64,000 nucleotides of DNA from the NCBI GenBank assembly GCA_964187785.1, contig OZ076409.1, positions 48,114,001-48,178,000 of the forward strand, written 5' to 3'. Below, piece by piece: positions 1 through 12,168 of the stretch. The stretch comes from Amphiscolops sp. MND2022. Its lineage: Eukaryota. Both the position numbers and the translations under genes were made by a program. How positions within the stretch are numbered: the first letter of the stretch is position 1; each line of letters starts with the position of its first letter. The notes under the pieces were generated by a model. That model was not told the DNA's origin. It did not search any database and saw only the letters and a list, made by a program, of their open reading frames with translations.

Positions 1-3000
1 TGAATCAAGGATTAGTTTTTGTCAATAATTGCAGAAAGTAGCTACTTCAACGAGATGAAAGTACGTCCACGAGAGGGCCCCAGGAGTGCACCCAGAAAAG
101 TATACACCTATCGTGCAAGTAATGCAAATGGTTTTTGGAGTTGTTACAGTCATTTGTTGAGAAGTGAGATTATAAGCTCAACCTACCAAATTTCTCACGA
201 AACAACCATGATGGATCCTGCTGTGGTTCCTGCATTAGAACAGAGGCAATTAAAAGAGACATTTTTTAGTGGAGGAAACTGTACTACAATAGGATTAGCT
301 TCGAAGGTATCGGCAATAGGAAACTAAAGTGGGTAAGGAGTCGCATTTGATCAATGATAATTATTGTTAGAAATTGAACTAAGTAGCTATTTTGGCGAGA
401 TGAGAGTAGTTCAGCAAGAAGGCCCCAAGGGTGCACCGTAACAAAATATTTGTGCATCAAGTCAGTTTCTTGAATGGTTTTCGAGATAAAAACAAACCGG
501 GAACTGTCCAAGTCGGCGTCATACCTAAGGGTCAAGAAAAGAAAAAGAACTTCAAAATGTCAAAGTATTCTCTTCAACAGTACCCAAAAAACACTGAAGT
601 TGGACCGAATTGGCGCGCCAGGGGGGACGCTTTGAGATTTTTCAACGTCCATTCTGTCGCAAAACTTCAAAAAAATCAAGAGGAGACCCTTTGCGAAGCT
701 TTTTCAAAAAAGTCTCAGTGCCAAAAAAAACTGAAAAGGGGACCTTTCAGTCTCGCACGGTATTGTATGTTACGCGGAAAAAAAGAAAAACATTTTTAGT
801 TAAGGTCCCTGGACCGAAAGGTACAGTTTGGCGCCTTCCTCCAAATTTGCACATCATGGAGGACGTGGAACGAGGGCACAATGGTCAGAAAAAGTTGGTC
901 AATGTCACACTTTTTGAGAGAAACAAACGCGAGGACCACCGTTAGCGTGATGGAAAATGTTGTACGAAAAGGCCCAGTGACTGCACCATGAAAAAGCGAT
1001 ACCCATCATGCCATTAGCTTGACTGGCTGCGACAAAAACAGTAGCCAACTGATTGGAAAATGGTGTTAGGATGTGACCTATCAAGGTTTCAAATGAAAAG
1101 GTCAAATTTGGAACAATCGTCGACAAAGATTTCTCTACTAGAATGTAGTCCAGAGTTGTGTCAAAGTTGGTTCTGAAAAAAAAACAAAGGCGTGCACATC
1201 ATAGAGGACGAGGAACGAGGGCCCAATGATCATAAAAATTTAGTCAATGTCACGCATTTGAAAGAAATAACGAGAATTTGCATCCTAAAATCCCATGGCA
1301 ATAGACTTCGCTTCAATTCGCTCAAATTTACAAAATCAGTCGTAACTTTCCTTTCATACCAATCAAGACTATAACTGCTTAATAATGGCAATTGTTTGTG
1401 TCGCCGGCTAGCGCACCAAAAATCTCACGAAGAATTAAAAGCGGACCTGAGGTCTTTTCGACTGCGAGAGACAACTCCACCAATTTTTTTCCTCAAACTC
1501 AGCCGACCTACAAAAGTAGCTGAAAACAAGCATGAGCCTCCCATTGGACTTGGATGATCTAATCACACCCCTAGTCAGCTCTTCTAACTTCTCTTCTGAT
1601 GAGAAAATGGAAGTGGACACAAATTCAGTAGCTCAATTATCAGACGATGAATTAGAGGTATTTGCGAGTTATATGAAAGTCCCAGTCTACCCTGCGCAGA
1701 CCATCGCGGGTAGGAAAATGAAAACGGATTTGTCAGGCTGCCGAGAAGACGGTAGGACTTACCTCTGTCCATACGAAAAAAAATGCTGGTTTGCCAGGGC
1801 AGTCAAGAAGTGATTACCTAAATATGGCAATATGGGAGCCGGTCCTAGCAATGTTCACACTGGAAGTGGTTGCCCAAATGGCCAATGAGCGGGACTCCAA
1901 CCAACACTTGACTCACCCTTGTCACCGCCACTTCATGAACAGGGACCCACACACTGTTGGTACGACTATGCGTGACCAAGTTTGATAGATAACTATACTC
2001 CAATCAATTCCAACATACAAGAGATCAGTGTTCGCCTGTCAAACAAATGTGGCGAGCCAATTTCCACTCAAAATGGAGACTGCACTATATGCCGACGTTC
2101 TTATGAACAAGTGTGAAAAACCGCCGCCCTCTCCTACCTGGAGCCTACTACCCTTAGGGGCGAATCCTACCGAGGATGCCTACATGTAACTAGCTTTCAT
2201 GGAACAAGGATTTGTTTTATTCATCCCCAGGGGAGTGTCGAAGGCTACCACCTGGGACGGCAACGGCTATCAGATTTCCGCTGTCAAAGACAATTCAAAT
2301 CTTCCTCCCGGAGTGTAGTCGATATTGGAAAAGACTTAGAGAACAATTCCAACATTATTATAACTGAGTATAATGTTTTGATAATTGTTTGGAATTTTTG
2401 TTTTACTATTACGGATTTAACGTCAGTATGACTGCACCAAACTGGAAGTTCAGTTTTTAATTTCTTGTTCAAATATTGCTTTCATTAGTATATCATAGTA
2501 AACTACTGATAACTCAAGGTATGATTACCGGGTTCAACTTGAATATAGCTCTAGTTCCGTTGACGCGTTGTCCAAAGTGAAAACAATCAATCAGAGCGCC
2601 TTTTCACCAGTCATTCATATTTGATGCAGTCTAGGAGATGTAACGTCCAATAAGTTGATGCATTAGTAAATCGCCTAAAAGCCATCAAAACATGAACTTT
2701 TGTCGTCGTGTAAATTTTTATGTTTTTGGAATCATCAGTCATGGAAAGTTTAAGGGTCAACATTTCTGCTATTTTTGGCTTACGGTGAAGTATGACTTAA
2801 AGTCTGGGCTAAGTCACAAGCTGTTTATAGCCCCAATGATGTCATGTTTAGATAAGTTTCCATGACGCCATTATTTAGGTGTATTATGGGACGGTGAGTA
2901 TATGCTATTGTCTCACGCTAGATTAGAAACGCTTCTTTTTTGACTTGTTGTCTCAAATATCTGTTGAAAACTCAAGTTTGGAACCTTGCTCACATTTTGA

Positions 3001-3021
3001 GATGATTTTTCCAAGAAGCAA

Positions 3022-3511
3022 ATGTCTAATGTGAAACGTTCAAGGCAATTAGACGTTGTGTCTGCTTTAGGGAACATAGATGTATTGCTGGGAAACTTTC
3101 CCAGGAGTGAATATGAGGACCAGCAGGCAGATCGTGAAATTGAAGCTGACCTAGAGTCAGAAAGGTTGCATAGAAATGCTATTCCCTTTGGCGAAGACAT
3201 CAAGACGTTAACAAAAACTAATAGTAGTGAAAATAGTGGGGTTACTGCTGAAACAAAAAGGACAATTAAGTCTGAAATCTCAGATGTCCAAAAAATTAGA
3301 GCAGATGAACTCGGGCCTAAATTCAAAAATAACTGATGATATTATATCAACAATTTCCGACAAGGTGCTCCCGACTATTCAAAACGCTCTTGAAGGGCAA
3401 AATAGCAATTCAAATGCAAAGTGGACCTTCGGTCAAATGGACTGCAATGGAACCTCTGGTAGAAATCTGCTGCAACACCGAAAGACCATATTCGCCAAGA
3501 ATCAACAGTAA
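3022..3511 (+). pseudogene. Decayed fragment of a repeated ORF family (probable retrotransposon gag N-terminus)
   Basis: SRQLDVVSALGNIDVLLG...ISDKVLPTIQNAL is homologous to fragments at 27910-28480 (-) and 53579-54130 (+). All three are frameshifted. The gag assignment is inference. Confidence 0.4.
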
Positions 3512-5014
3512 TGTCACACACCAATTTTAGCTTAGTCTTTGGACTGGAGTTTAGCAGAAACCTAATCACTTAATTCAATGGCTTCAAACAAACCAATAGA
3601 ACAAAATTATCTGGAATTCAACAAAGAATGCAACTATGAAGTGAGCTTTCGGAAAACTGCCCCGCTCATGACTCATCAAAACTTTTGCATTTTTGATTCA
3701 AAGCATCAAACGAACTTTCTTACAGGAATAACTCCTTCGCTCTTATATAGAAAAGAAATTTCGTCTCAACTCACTTCGGTATTTCAAAAACTTTTTAGAA
3801 GATGAGTAAAATGTTTTCGCACCGATGAAATCCGGTTCTTGGGAACGCAAACATGCATGCCATCAGACCAAGGACTGATCATCTTCGAAACGAAATGGAC
3901 GAAACTATCAAGAGATGCGTTTCAAATATCCCAAAAGTTTATTAAACAAAAAATTAAGTCGTTAATTTACTCGTTTTCAGTCAGCGGATTTTAGTAGAAA
4001 ATGAGCGCGACTAATACATTGGCAAGTTTTTTTTTCTTTTTTTCATCAGATAACAGAATAATGAATGCGTAGTGGACACTTTTTACAGAATTACTAAACT
4101 ACTGGACCTGCAAGCGGAAACGCATCTAAGTTAGTGCAAAGGGTCCCTTCTTTCATTTATTCCATTTTTAAACGTAAGATACAAAACCGGTTGAGACTAT
4201 AAGGTCCCCCTTTCACTTTTTTTCGGCACTGTGCAACTAATTTCCGGAATTTTTTTCTACAAATGGTCCTCCCTTCAATTTTAATGAAGTTCCCCCTCGT
4301 AACAGCCGAAGTGAAGCGCTATATCCGAACTTTGGCCGTTATATCCGAACTATATTGCGTTTTAGTAAGGAGGTTCGAAAACAGGAGTTTTTCATGAAAA
4401 CGTCCTACGCATTTTAAAAATTGCGCTTTTTGAGCCTTAGATATACCGCCGACTTTAGGTGTCCCCGTCTTGTTTATCCGATGTTCTATATCACGGAGCA
4501 CTACCAAACTTGGTTTTGTGGGATTGTACATGAAGTGTAACAATCTGAGCTACCTTCCCCTCAAAAATTCACCTATTGACTTTTTCTCTCTCTCTTCCTT
4601 TGAAAATTTGATTCGTTGAAAGATTTGGTTCAGGTTTTTTCCAACTCAACATAAGCGCAAAATCTACATAGCCTATAAAACGTTTACGCACAACAGTTTC
4701 TTTCACTTCTTTCCGTCAGGTGTGCGCAAACTTTTAGTAGCCTACTTTTGGTATAGTGAAATCGGTTAGTTGCCGGAAAAAATCGAAGCTTCTCTCAGAA
4801 TGAACTGGAACAAGAAATAGTAACCCAAAATGTATTTTTTGATGTATTTACACATTTATGACATTCTTGGACTCAAAGTATACACAATCGGGAAGGGAAT
4901 TGCTATTGGAAAAGAGCTTCCCTTGAGCATCCAATTTGCCTATCTGAGGTGTTGGTCAAGCTAATGTCTCGATGTCTTCTGCTACATATACTATTTCTGG
5001 TATGAGTCATTTGT

Positions 5015-5202
5015 TCACTTTTGCTCCTGGCCTGAGCCGCCCATGAGAACTAGGATTGCAGCGATTGGGAGAAGGAGGACAGAAAAAACGAACCCAACCC
5101 AGGGCAGAATTTGGGACCAGCCCAATGCGCCGTCTGTGAGCGTGTCTTCATATACTTTGTAGGCAGAATTCATACAGGCACATGCGATCATGATGAACAA
5201 CA
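5015..5202 (-). CDS. Exon 3 (terminal) of the PMP22/claudin-family gene
   Basis: TTTTTCAG acceptor at 5204-5203. Encodes MLFIMIACAC...LGWSQILPWVGFVFSVLLLPIAAILVLMGGSGQEQK-stop, with the GWS...W TM4 motif typical of the family. Corrected spliced CDS is 531 nt (176 aa). Confidence 0.85.
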
Positions 5203-5358
5203 CTGAAAAACACTTGATTGGTCATGTGCTGGAATTAGCTATTATTGAATTATAGTTGATAGTTGATTTATTCGCCCTGAGAAAAATATATTTTGGCGAT
5301 GATGGACGTATAAATTTTGGGCATTGCAATGAAATGTTGACAAAATGATAGTTGCTAA

Positions 5359-5520
5359 TTAGGACAGGCTAAAAACTTTTAAACGACAACATTCAATGAA
5401 AAGATTATCTTTTATATTATGTTCAAAAGATTTAGGTTGCAACCCAAATCTTTTGAACATAATATAAAAGATAATCTTTTCATTGAATGTTGTCGTTTAA
5501 AAGTTTTTAGCCTGTCCTAA
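5359..5520. repeat. 162-bp near-perfect palindrome in intron 2
   Basis: TTAGGACAGGCT...GGTTG|CAACC...AGCCTGTCCTAA, centred at 5439/5440, with one mismatch seen. Confidence 0.9.
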
Positions 5521-5623
5521 CATGTTCTAAACTATCCTTAACATGTTCAAAAATCTATCTATTAGTAGATACAGACTACTTTTACGAGCTTTGTTGGTTG
5601 AGAGAGTTTAAAGGGAAACTAAC

Positions 5624-5791
5624 TGTAAACGGCACTCAGTACTAGAGCGATGATGGGCACTATCTTCTGTTGGACGAATAGAGTAGCTAAGAAGGCACCG
5701 ATCAGCGGGATGGCAACCAAGTGACTGAGGATGAGAAAGGCACGTGATGCGCGAATCTTGTCCGCGAAGCCGTCCTTGGTGGTATCGAAAT
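5624..5791 (-). CDS. Exon 2 of the PMP22/claudin-family gene
   Basis: Polypyrimidine tract and AG acceptor at 5793-5792. Encodes DFDTTKDGFADKIRASRAFLILSHLVAIPLIGAFLATLFVQQKIVPIIALVLSAVY (two hydrophobic segments). GTTAGT donor at 5623. Phases match exons 1 and 3. Confidence 0.85.
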
Positions 5792-6220
5792 CTATAAAAA
5801 AGTCAATGTCGAAAAGGGGACAGATAAACATCATCTGATTTTCAACGTCCACAAGATGTCTTATTAAAACAATTTCTTTCATTCGAAAATTATAATTCCT
5901 TGAACTATGCGACATAGAAGTCGGTTTTTCGCATTTGGATGTGAACTTCTAATGCCGAGACAAAGAAAAGAAATGTTCTATATATTTGTGTGAGCTAACT
6001 ACGAATAGGGGGAGGCGAAAATTTCGTGGCCAGAAAATTCGTCGTCGGAAATTTCGTCGTATTGATAAAAATTAACAGCGTTCGCATTTAATTATCTGAA
6101 TTATGCAATTGTTTATTTATTAAAATGAGATCCTAACAAGTTTCATTTTGACACCAAAACTGAGTCAAAAAGTTAATTGCATTCAATCAATTCGTCAAAT
6201 CGCTTATTGAGCAATGGTAT

Positions 6221-6425
6221 TGTTAAGATCTCTTGGTTTACTATAAAACAATGTTGGTGACAAAGAGTTTGCATTCAACTATTTTGTATCAAAGTAACAA
6301 ATGTAGTGAGATCTATGTAATGTAATGCAATAACATAAATAGGACAGTAATTAGAGTTTGTTATCAAATATGTTTAAACAACTCTCTGTCTAAAGTAGTT
6401 CAGTCTATGACCTCTACATTCCACA
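6221..6425 (-). repeat. Gypsy 3' LTR (205 bp)
   Basis: Direct repeat of 11965-12168; PPT at 6426-6438. Confidence 0.95.
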
Positions 6426-8332
6426 TTCCACCTCCTCCAGGTGGATTCGGTTTCGAGTGGAGGTAACTGCTGATGGTTCCGAATTAATCGGTTGAAGTTT
6501 TGGTATTCTGCTGTTTTCCGTATTTCACGGTTGATCGTCCGTATTTCACGGTTGCTTCTCTCTTCAGTTTGTTGTTGACTCGGTTGGCTGGCTTGGTTTT
6601 CCTGTAACATATAATTATTCATTTTTCTTTTATTATTATTTGTGGAATATGGGATACCGCCTAGTTTTTCGGTTTGTCTTGCGTTGGGTATTCTTTTCGA
6701 TTTTCTCACCGTTAGTTGTGGTTCATTTATTAGTGGATTCGTTTTTATACCTGTTTCTGGGGTTAGGTTAGTTTCTTTGGGTAGTAGTTGTAGTTCGTCG
6801 TCTATGTTGGCATGGACGGGCTTTCCTTCGCTAGTATTGTAGCATTGGAATTCGTCGTCGGATACTATGCTCGGGTCTAGATCCTTCGGTTTTCCCGCCG
6901 ACTTGTCTGGGCTTGTGAACTGGCCTCTTTCGTTGCGCGGTTGTTCTTTCCTTTTCAGCCAATCTGGACTGTTTTCTGTATTCTCCGGTTCCGGTGCTTC
7001 TTTTCTACGGTATAGACAGGTATTTTCCATCGTCTTTGAGCATGTTGGTTTTTCGGCCGTTGTTGTCAATCTGGTATTGATTCTTTTTGTCGGAGTTGTT
7101 GTAGCCTGAAAGGGTATCGGGTTAGATATTAGCTTCCTATGTAGGATTTTGTTCTTGTCCGTGGTAACCGTATGTTTGGTCCCCGAGACTGCAGTTAATG
7201 GTTTGTTTTTGAATTTGCTTCCAAGTGAGTATTTTGTATGTGTTTTTTCAAAAAAGGTGAACGGGTAATTCGTATTTTTCTCTTTACTTACCGTATTTGA
7301 CGGTTTTTGTTTTTGGGTGAAGGTCATCCCCCTCCGGTATTTCGGGTCATTTGTCTTCTTCTTTGACATCACCAAGTGGTCGGTAATCTCGCCGGCTGAG
7401 TTGCGGGTGATGTAGACTGATAAATCCTTGGAATTGACTGAAATAGAATTTTTTAGATTAGATAGTTTTGTTCCAGGTTCTCGCCCGAAGTGTAATTCGA
7501 ACGGGGTTCTCTTTATTTCAGAATGTGTGGTGAAACGGAGGACATATAGGGCTTTGTTTAGGCTCTCGCGTAAATTTTGTGTTTCTTCTAAATTTGTTTT
7601 TGTTAGGTTCTTCAGTGATTGGATTGTTCTTTCCACCAATCCCGTGCCAGTATGTAGGTTTGGTGTTCCGTATTTGCGGATTATGTTATATTCTTTGCAA
7701 AAGCTTTTGTACTCTTTTGAGATAAAAGCGCTGCCGTTGTCCGATTTAACTGTCTTCGGTACACCGTATACATTTATATATTCCCGTAGGAATGTTATTA
7801 CTGTATCGTGGTTGGTATTTTTGCAAATTTTCGCTACCGGCCAACGGCTATTTTTATCTACGGCTACTAAGATGAAAGGAGAGGAATCTAAATGGTTGCT
7901 ATTCAAATTTCCCGTAAAATCAATTTGGATTTCTTCTCCTGGGTATTTTGGCGGTTCGAGTTTTGATTTCTCGGTACTAGGTAGTTGGGTTTTTAAATTC
8001 TTACCGGCATTCAGGCAAGCGGAGCAGGTTTTGGCCTTCTTCTCGATGTCTGCTCTCATGTTTGGCCACCAAAAGATAACTGCATCATTGCACTTTTTAT
8101 TTATTCCTGGGTGGCCGAAGTGAAGTGCGTTGAGTGCGGCGTAGCGTAGACTTTTGGGGATAATGATACGGTCGTCCACCATTGTTATTCCGCAGCGGTG
8201 GGTCAGTTTCTTTGCTACTTGTTTGAAGTCGTCTGGGATGGCTTGTGTGTTGTTGTCTTCGATGCAGCATTGAACTTCGATTAGGTCTGGATCTGCTGCC
8301 GTTTCCGTGATTAGTGTTTCCAGGTCGAGCAT
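6374..8332 (-). CDS. Gypsy integrase with long C-terminal extension (part of the decayed pol)
   Basis: HFGHPG...CSAC zinc motif and DDE core IQIDFTG / SDNGSAF / VERTIQSLK. The ORF ends inside the 3' LTR. Confidence 0.9.
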   Translation of the reverse strand: MLDLETLITETAADPDLIEVQCCIEDNNTQAIPDDFKQVAKKLTHRCGITMVDDRIIIPKSLRYAALNALHFGHPGINKKCNDAVIFWWPNMRADIEKKAKTCSACLNAGKNLKTQLPSTEKSKLEPPKYPGEEIQIDFTGNLNSNHLDSSPFILVAVDKNSRWPVAKICKNTNHDTVITFLREYINVYGVPKTVKSDNGSAFISKEYKSFCKEYNIIRKYGTPNLHTGTGLVERTIQSLKNLTKTNLEETQNLRESLNKALYVLRFTTHSEIKRTPFELHFGREPGTKLSNLKNSISVNSKDLSVYITRNSAGEITDHLVMSKKKTNDPKYRRGMTFTQKQKPSNTVSKEKNTNYPFTFFEKTHTKYSLGSKFKNKPLTAVSGTKHTVTTDKNKILHRKLISNPIPFQATTTPTKRINTRLTTTAEKPTCSKTMENTCLYRRKEAPEPENTENSPDWLKRKEQPRNERGQFTSPDKSAGKPKDLDPSIVSDDEFQCYNTSEGKPVHANIDDELQLLPKETNLTPETGIKTNPLINEPQLTVRKSKRIPNARQTEKLGGIPYSTNNNKRKMNNYMLQENQASQPSQQQTEERSNREIRTINREIRKTAEYQNFNRLIRNHQQLPPLETESTWRRWNVECRGHRLNYFRQRVV

Positions 8333-8880
8333 AAAATCGAGTTCTGCGGCTCTGATGTTATCTTCTTGTTGTCGGTTTCTGGGGGCTTTTGTCTCGATAA
8401 CCTTGTTGATGCGTACGTAATGTACAGCTATCTCTTCTATTGGGCCTTCGCGGTATTCTTAACGGGGATCGCTGGGTAAGACCCTGGTTCTTCCGTTATT
8501 ACCGGTTCTTCTGGTGTTGAAGAGACCGTGGATTCGGTGTCCGGTGTGTGCTTCTGTGTTTTTGTGGTTTCCGTGTTGATTTCCGATGATGTGCCGGATG
8601 CTTGTGGAATTTCATCTCCAAAGTTTTTAAAGTAGCCGCCCCCGATATGTGTAACTCGGTTTTCTTCTTTCCTTCTCAAACGGATGTCAATGCGTTTGAT
8701 TTCTTTTCTGTCTACGTCGTCCGGTCTTCTTGGAAGGAGTATTTCTCTCTCGAGTTTCTTGTGCCAGTGGTGTCGCATATGGCCAGGTCGTGTTAATTCA
8801 ATTCTTCTTTCTACTAATTCTTGCGTATCCGGTGAATTGTCTCTTCTGTTAATAATCTTCATGATTTCGTCATCGGCTCC

Positions 8881-10960
8881 TCAGTGGTATTTAAGTTTAT
8901 CGTTTAAAGCAAATCGGTCCGGAATTTGACGGTTATTGTTATTGTTGTCCATTTTTGGTTCGCTGTAAGATTTGCAATTATCGTGAATGGTGTTACTAAT
9001 CTGATTGGCGGTCAAATTGGAATGATTTGTGTTTGTTTTGCTGTAGCGCGTACCAGTCCAGCTGTAGCGCGTATCATGCATGTTTGCCGTATCGCTGTTT
9101 TCTGATTGGTCGAAAATCCGTCCAATTCTGCCGTTTACCGTGGCTAGTTGCGCGATGGCGTTGATGACGAATTCTTCTTCGTAATTTTTTTCCGGTTCAG
9201 CGGTTTCCGTAGGGTTACGGCTAATGAAATCGGTGAATTTGATTCCTTTTCCGGCAGTGTGTTTTAATGATATGTCGAAATGGTTTAGTGTGTCTAACCA
9301 CCGTGTTAGTCGGGCGCTGTATTGTTTGTTGGTTTTGTTTCTCTTTAATAATGGTTCCAAAGCCTGGTGGTCGGAAAATAATTGAACCTGTTTTCCGTAT
9401 AGGTGAAATCTGAACCATTCAAGGCCCCAGACTACTGCTAGTAGTTCTAATTCACCGACGGAATATTTTTTCTCTGCGTCATTGAGATAGCGACTGGCAT
9501 ATGCAATAGCTTTCAATTCGCCGTTGTGTTGGCATTGCCATAGCGCTATGCCTAATCCGGTGTTGCATGCGTCGGTTTTAACAATGTTTTCTTTGTTACT
9601 GTTGTAGTGTGCTAAACACGGTTGTGTTGTCAATTCTTTTTTCAGGTTGTTAAAGTCTGTGTTTCGTTCTTCTGTCCACTCCCATTTTATTCCTTTTTTC
9701 AGTAGTTGTCTCATATTGTCCGTCTTTTCGGATAGATTTGGTATGAATTTTGCAAAATATTGTAATGCTCCCAAAAATGATTTTAGGGTTTTTGTATTTG
9801 TCGGTGGATTCAATTTGTTGATTGCGTCCGTTTTTTCTTTGTTCGGTCGGATTCCATCTTGTGATATGGTGTGTCCAAGTCATACCGATTCTTTTTGGTA
9901 AAATTTTGACTTCTTTTTGCTGGCCTTATAGCATTGGTTTTCCAGTTTTGTCAGGACTGATTCTAATTTTTGTGTATGTTGTTTCTTCGTTCCGCGTGTC
10001 ACGACTATTATATCGTCCAGTCATAGTGGTATTTGGTGGCCGAGGGTTCGGTCTATTTTCTCCTGAAAGATGATGGGTATGTAGGCTGGTCCGTAGAAAC
10101 CCTTTAGGAATCGGTAATGTCCGTTGATTTTCTCTCCTGTAATGGCAAAGTTACAGTGTTTGCTTGTTTCCGGTGATAGTTTCATTTGTCCGTAAGCATA
10201 GTCCAAATGTATGATTGATATCCAGATTGGGTCTAGTTCGTTTTTTGATAATTCGGAAGAGATTTGGTTTAGCAGTTCATCCATGTTTGGCATGTGTGGT
10301 CTTTTCTTTATACAGCTGTCGTTTAGTTTCCGGGCGTCAAGTGCAATTTTGACCGTTTTGTCCTTTTTTACCGTAATTACAACGGGGGATACGAAGCAAT
10401 CTTCTTCGATTGTTTCTAGTCTTTGTAAATGTCCGGATTTTATTAATCGGTCTAGTTCGTTTTTTACGTCGTCTTGTAGGTGGTACGGTATTGGTCGTGC
10501 TTTTTGTTGTATTGGGTAACAACCCGGTTTTATCTGTATTTTCACCTCCGCGTTCTTGATAGTGTGGTTTGTTTCAAATAGTTTCTTGAATTTCGCATGT
10601 ACCTTTGTTGTTTCTGATTGGTCGGTGTTGTTGTCCAATGAAATTTTGTTGATGGTAATTGGCAGTTGTTTTAGCCAATTTACTCCCAGTAGGGGTGTGA
10701 TGTCGGTTCTCTTTGTGATTAGTAATGGTAATTTGATGTATTTGCCGTTATACACGGTGTCTACCCATACTTTCCCCAGAAATGTGATTTCGTTTTTGTT
10801 TACATCTTGGTATCTCTCTTTTAACGGTTGGATATTTTCTGGGTTGTACAGTGTGGGGTTTTTCGGCATAATGGTGACCGGAGAGCCGGTATCGATAATA
10901 AACTTTTGGTTTTTCCCGTTTATTTTTTTTTCGACACCATAGTGGTCGTTGTTGTCCGGT
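8881..10960 (-). pseudogene. pol: Gypsy pol: protease, RT and RNase H (stops and frameshifts)
   Basis: IDTGSP protease motif near 10890; RT motifs SPVVITVKKD...ALDARKLN and LDYAYGQ; *LDDIIV at ~10005-10023; RNase H TDAC...ELELLAVVW...SDHQAL. Confidence 0.9.
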
Positions 10961-10961
10961 G

Positions 10962-11887
10962 TTATTTTGTTGATTCGTGTGATTTGGAGTATTTCCTCGG
11001 TTCACTGTTTTCGTCTTCTTCTTCGGAGGTCATATCTTCCAGGTAGTTGATTCTTTTTGTTTTGTTTGGTTTCGTGCGGCATACCCGGGCGAAGTGTCCC
11101 GTTCTCTGGCAGTTGTTGCATTTTACCGTTTTCGCCGAGCAGTTATGTTGGGGTGTCCAATTTTGTTGTCCGCAGAATCCGCAGTTGTTTTTCTTTTGTT
11201 TTGGTTGTTCTCGATATTGTTTTGTTTGAATTTTTTGGATCGGTTCTTGTTTTATTTCTTTGTCTTTCGCCAATGCGGGTGGTATGGTTGATTGTTTATG
11301 TCGGCGGTCGTAGCTGTCTTGTGTAATAAGTTCTATGGTGGTTTTCAGATTGAGGGTTTTTCGCGGATCAGTTTTTCCCGGAGTTTTTTATCGGTTATGC
11401 TCGTGATAAATTTCGATATGAGTAGGTCTTCTTGTTTGATATCTTTGAAATCACATGTTTTTTCTAACGTTATCAGCTTTTTCCAATGTTCCTCGGGTGT
11501 TTCGTTTTCCTCTTGCTTGGCCCAGAAGAAATCTCCACGGCTGTGGTATGTAATTTTTTTGGGCATATAGTATTCCCGGAACAGTTGGATTAACTTGTCG
11601 GTTTTTATTGTGTCTGGGTCCGTGTTGAATTCGCCTTTCGTGATGATTTCAATTGCAGACGGTCCGGCGCCCCAAATGAAATCTTGTCTGATTTCCGGTT
11701 CTTTTGTATCCCATGGATCACCGGTAGGTACCGTATCGTCGGTTAATATCGGTTTGATATCTATGTTGTGGATTCTTTTTATATAATGTCGAAATCTCTC
11801 GGTCCATTCTTTTGGTGTGTATATTTTCTTCCCGTCAAGTCCGGTGTCTTCTAGGTAAGGTAGTTGTATCTTAGTTGCCACGGCCAA
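10962..11887 (-). pseudogene. gag: Gypsy gag (frameshifted)
   Basis: ORFs 11345-11887 and 10962-11273, with zinc knuckles CGFCGQQNWTPQHNC and CNNCQRTGHFARVC. Confidence 0.85.
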
Positions 11888-11964
11888 TATTGATATTCGT
11901 TGGTTGGTAAAAATGTTTCGTGTTTCAAGAAGGTTTGGTAAAATAAAATCTTGCTACTGCGCCA

Positions 11965-12168
11965 TGTTAAGATCTCTTGGTTTGCTATAAAACAATGTTG
12001 GTGAAAAGAGTTTTCATTCAACTATTTTGTATCAAAGTAACAAATGTAGTGAGATCTATGTAATGTAATGCAATAACATAAATAGGACAGTAATTAGAGT
12101 TTGTTATCAAATATGTTTAAACAACTCTCTGTCTAAAGTAGTTCAGTCTTTGACCTCTACATTCCACA
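11965..12168 (-). repeat. Gypsy 5' LTR (204 bp)
   Basis: Direct repeat of 6221-6425; tRNA-Ser-type PBS at 11954-11964 (minus strand). Confidence 0.95.

Larger units (their letters stand above)
6221..12168 (-). mobile_element. Full-length Gypsy/Ty3 LTR retrotransposon, decayed
   Basis: TG...CA LTRs at 6221-6425 and 11965-12168, with about 4 differences. 5-bp TSD GGTAT (6216-6220, 12169-12173). PBS TGGCGCAGTAG next to the 5' LTR and PPT GGAGGAGGTGGAA next to the 3' LTR. Order gag-PR-RT-RH-IN. Confidence 0.97.

Noticed and set aside
848..1270. Diverged ~70-bp direct repeat (~849 and ~1194)
   Set aside because: No LTR, TSD or other structure to give it meaning.
1532..2300. Short ORFs with coding-like composition
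   Set aside because: No recognisable domain or consistent splice structure; probably a decayed repeat fragment.
7428..8123. Long plus-strand ORFs over the Gypsy element, and similar antisense ORFs over the BEL and Polinton genes
   Set aside because: Antisense shadows of real coding sequence, with no motifs.
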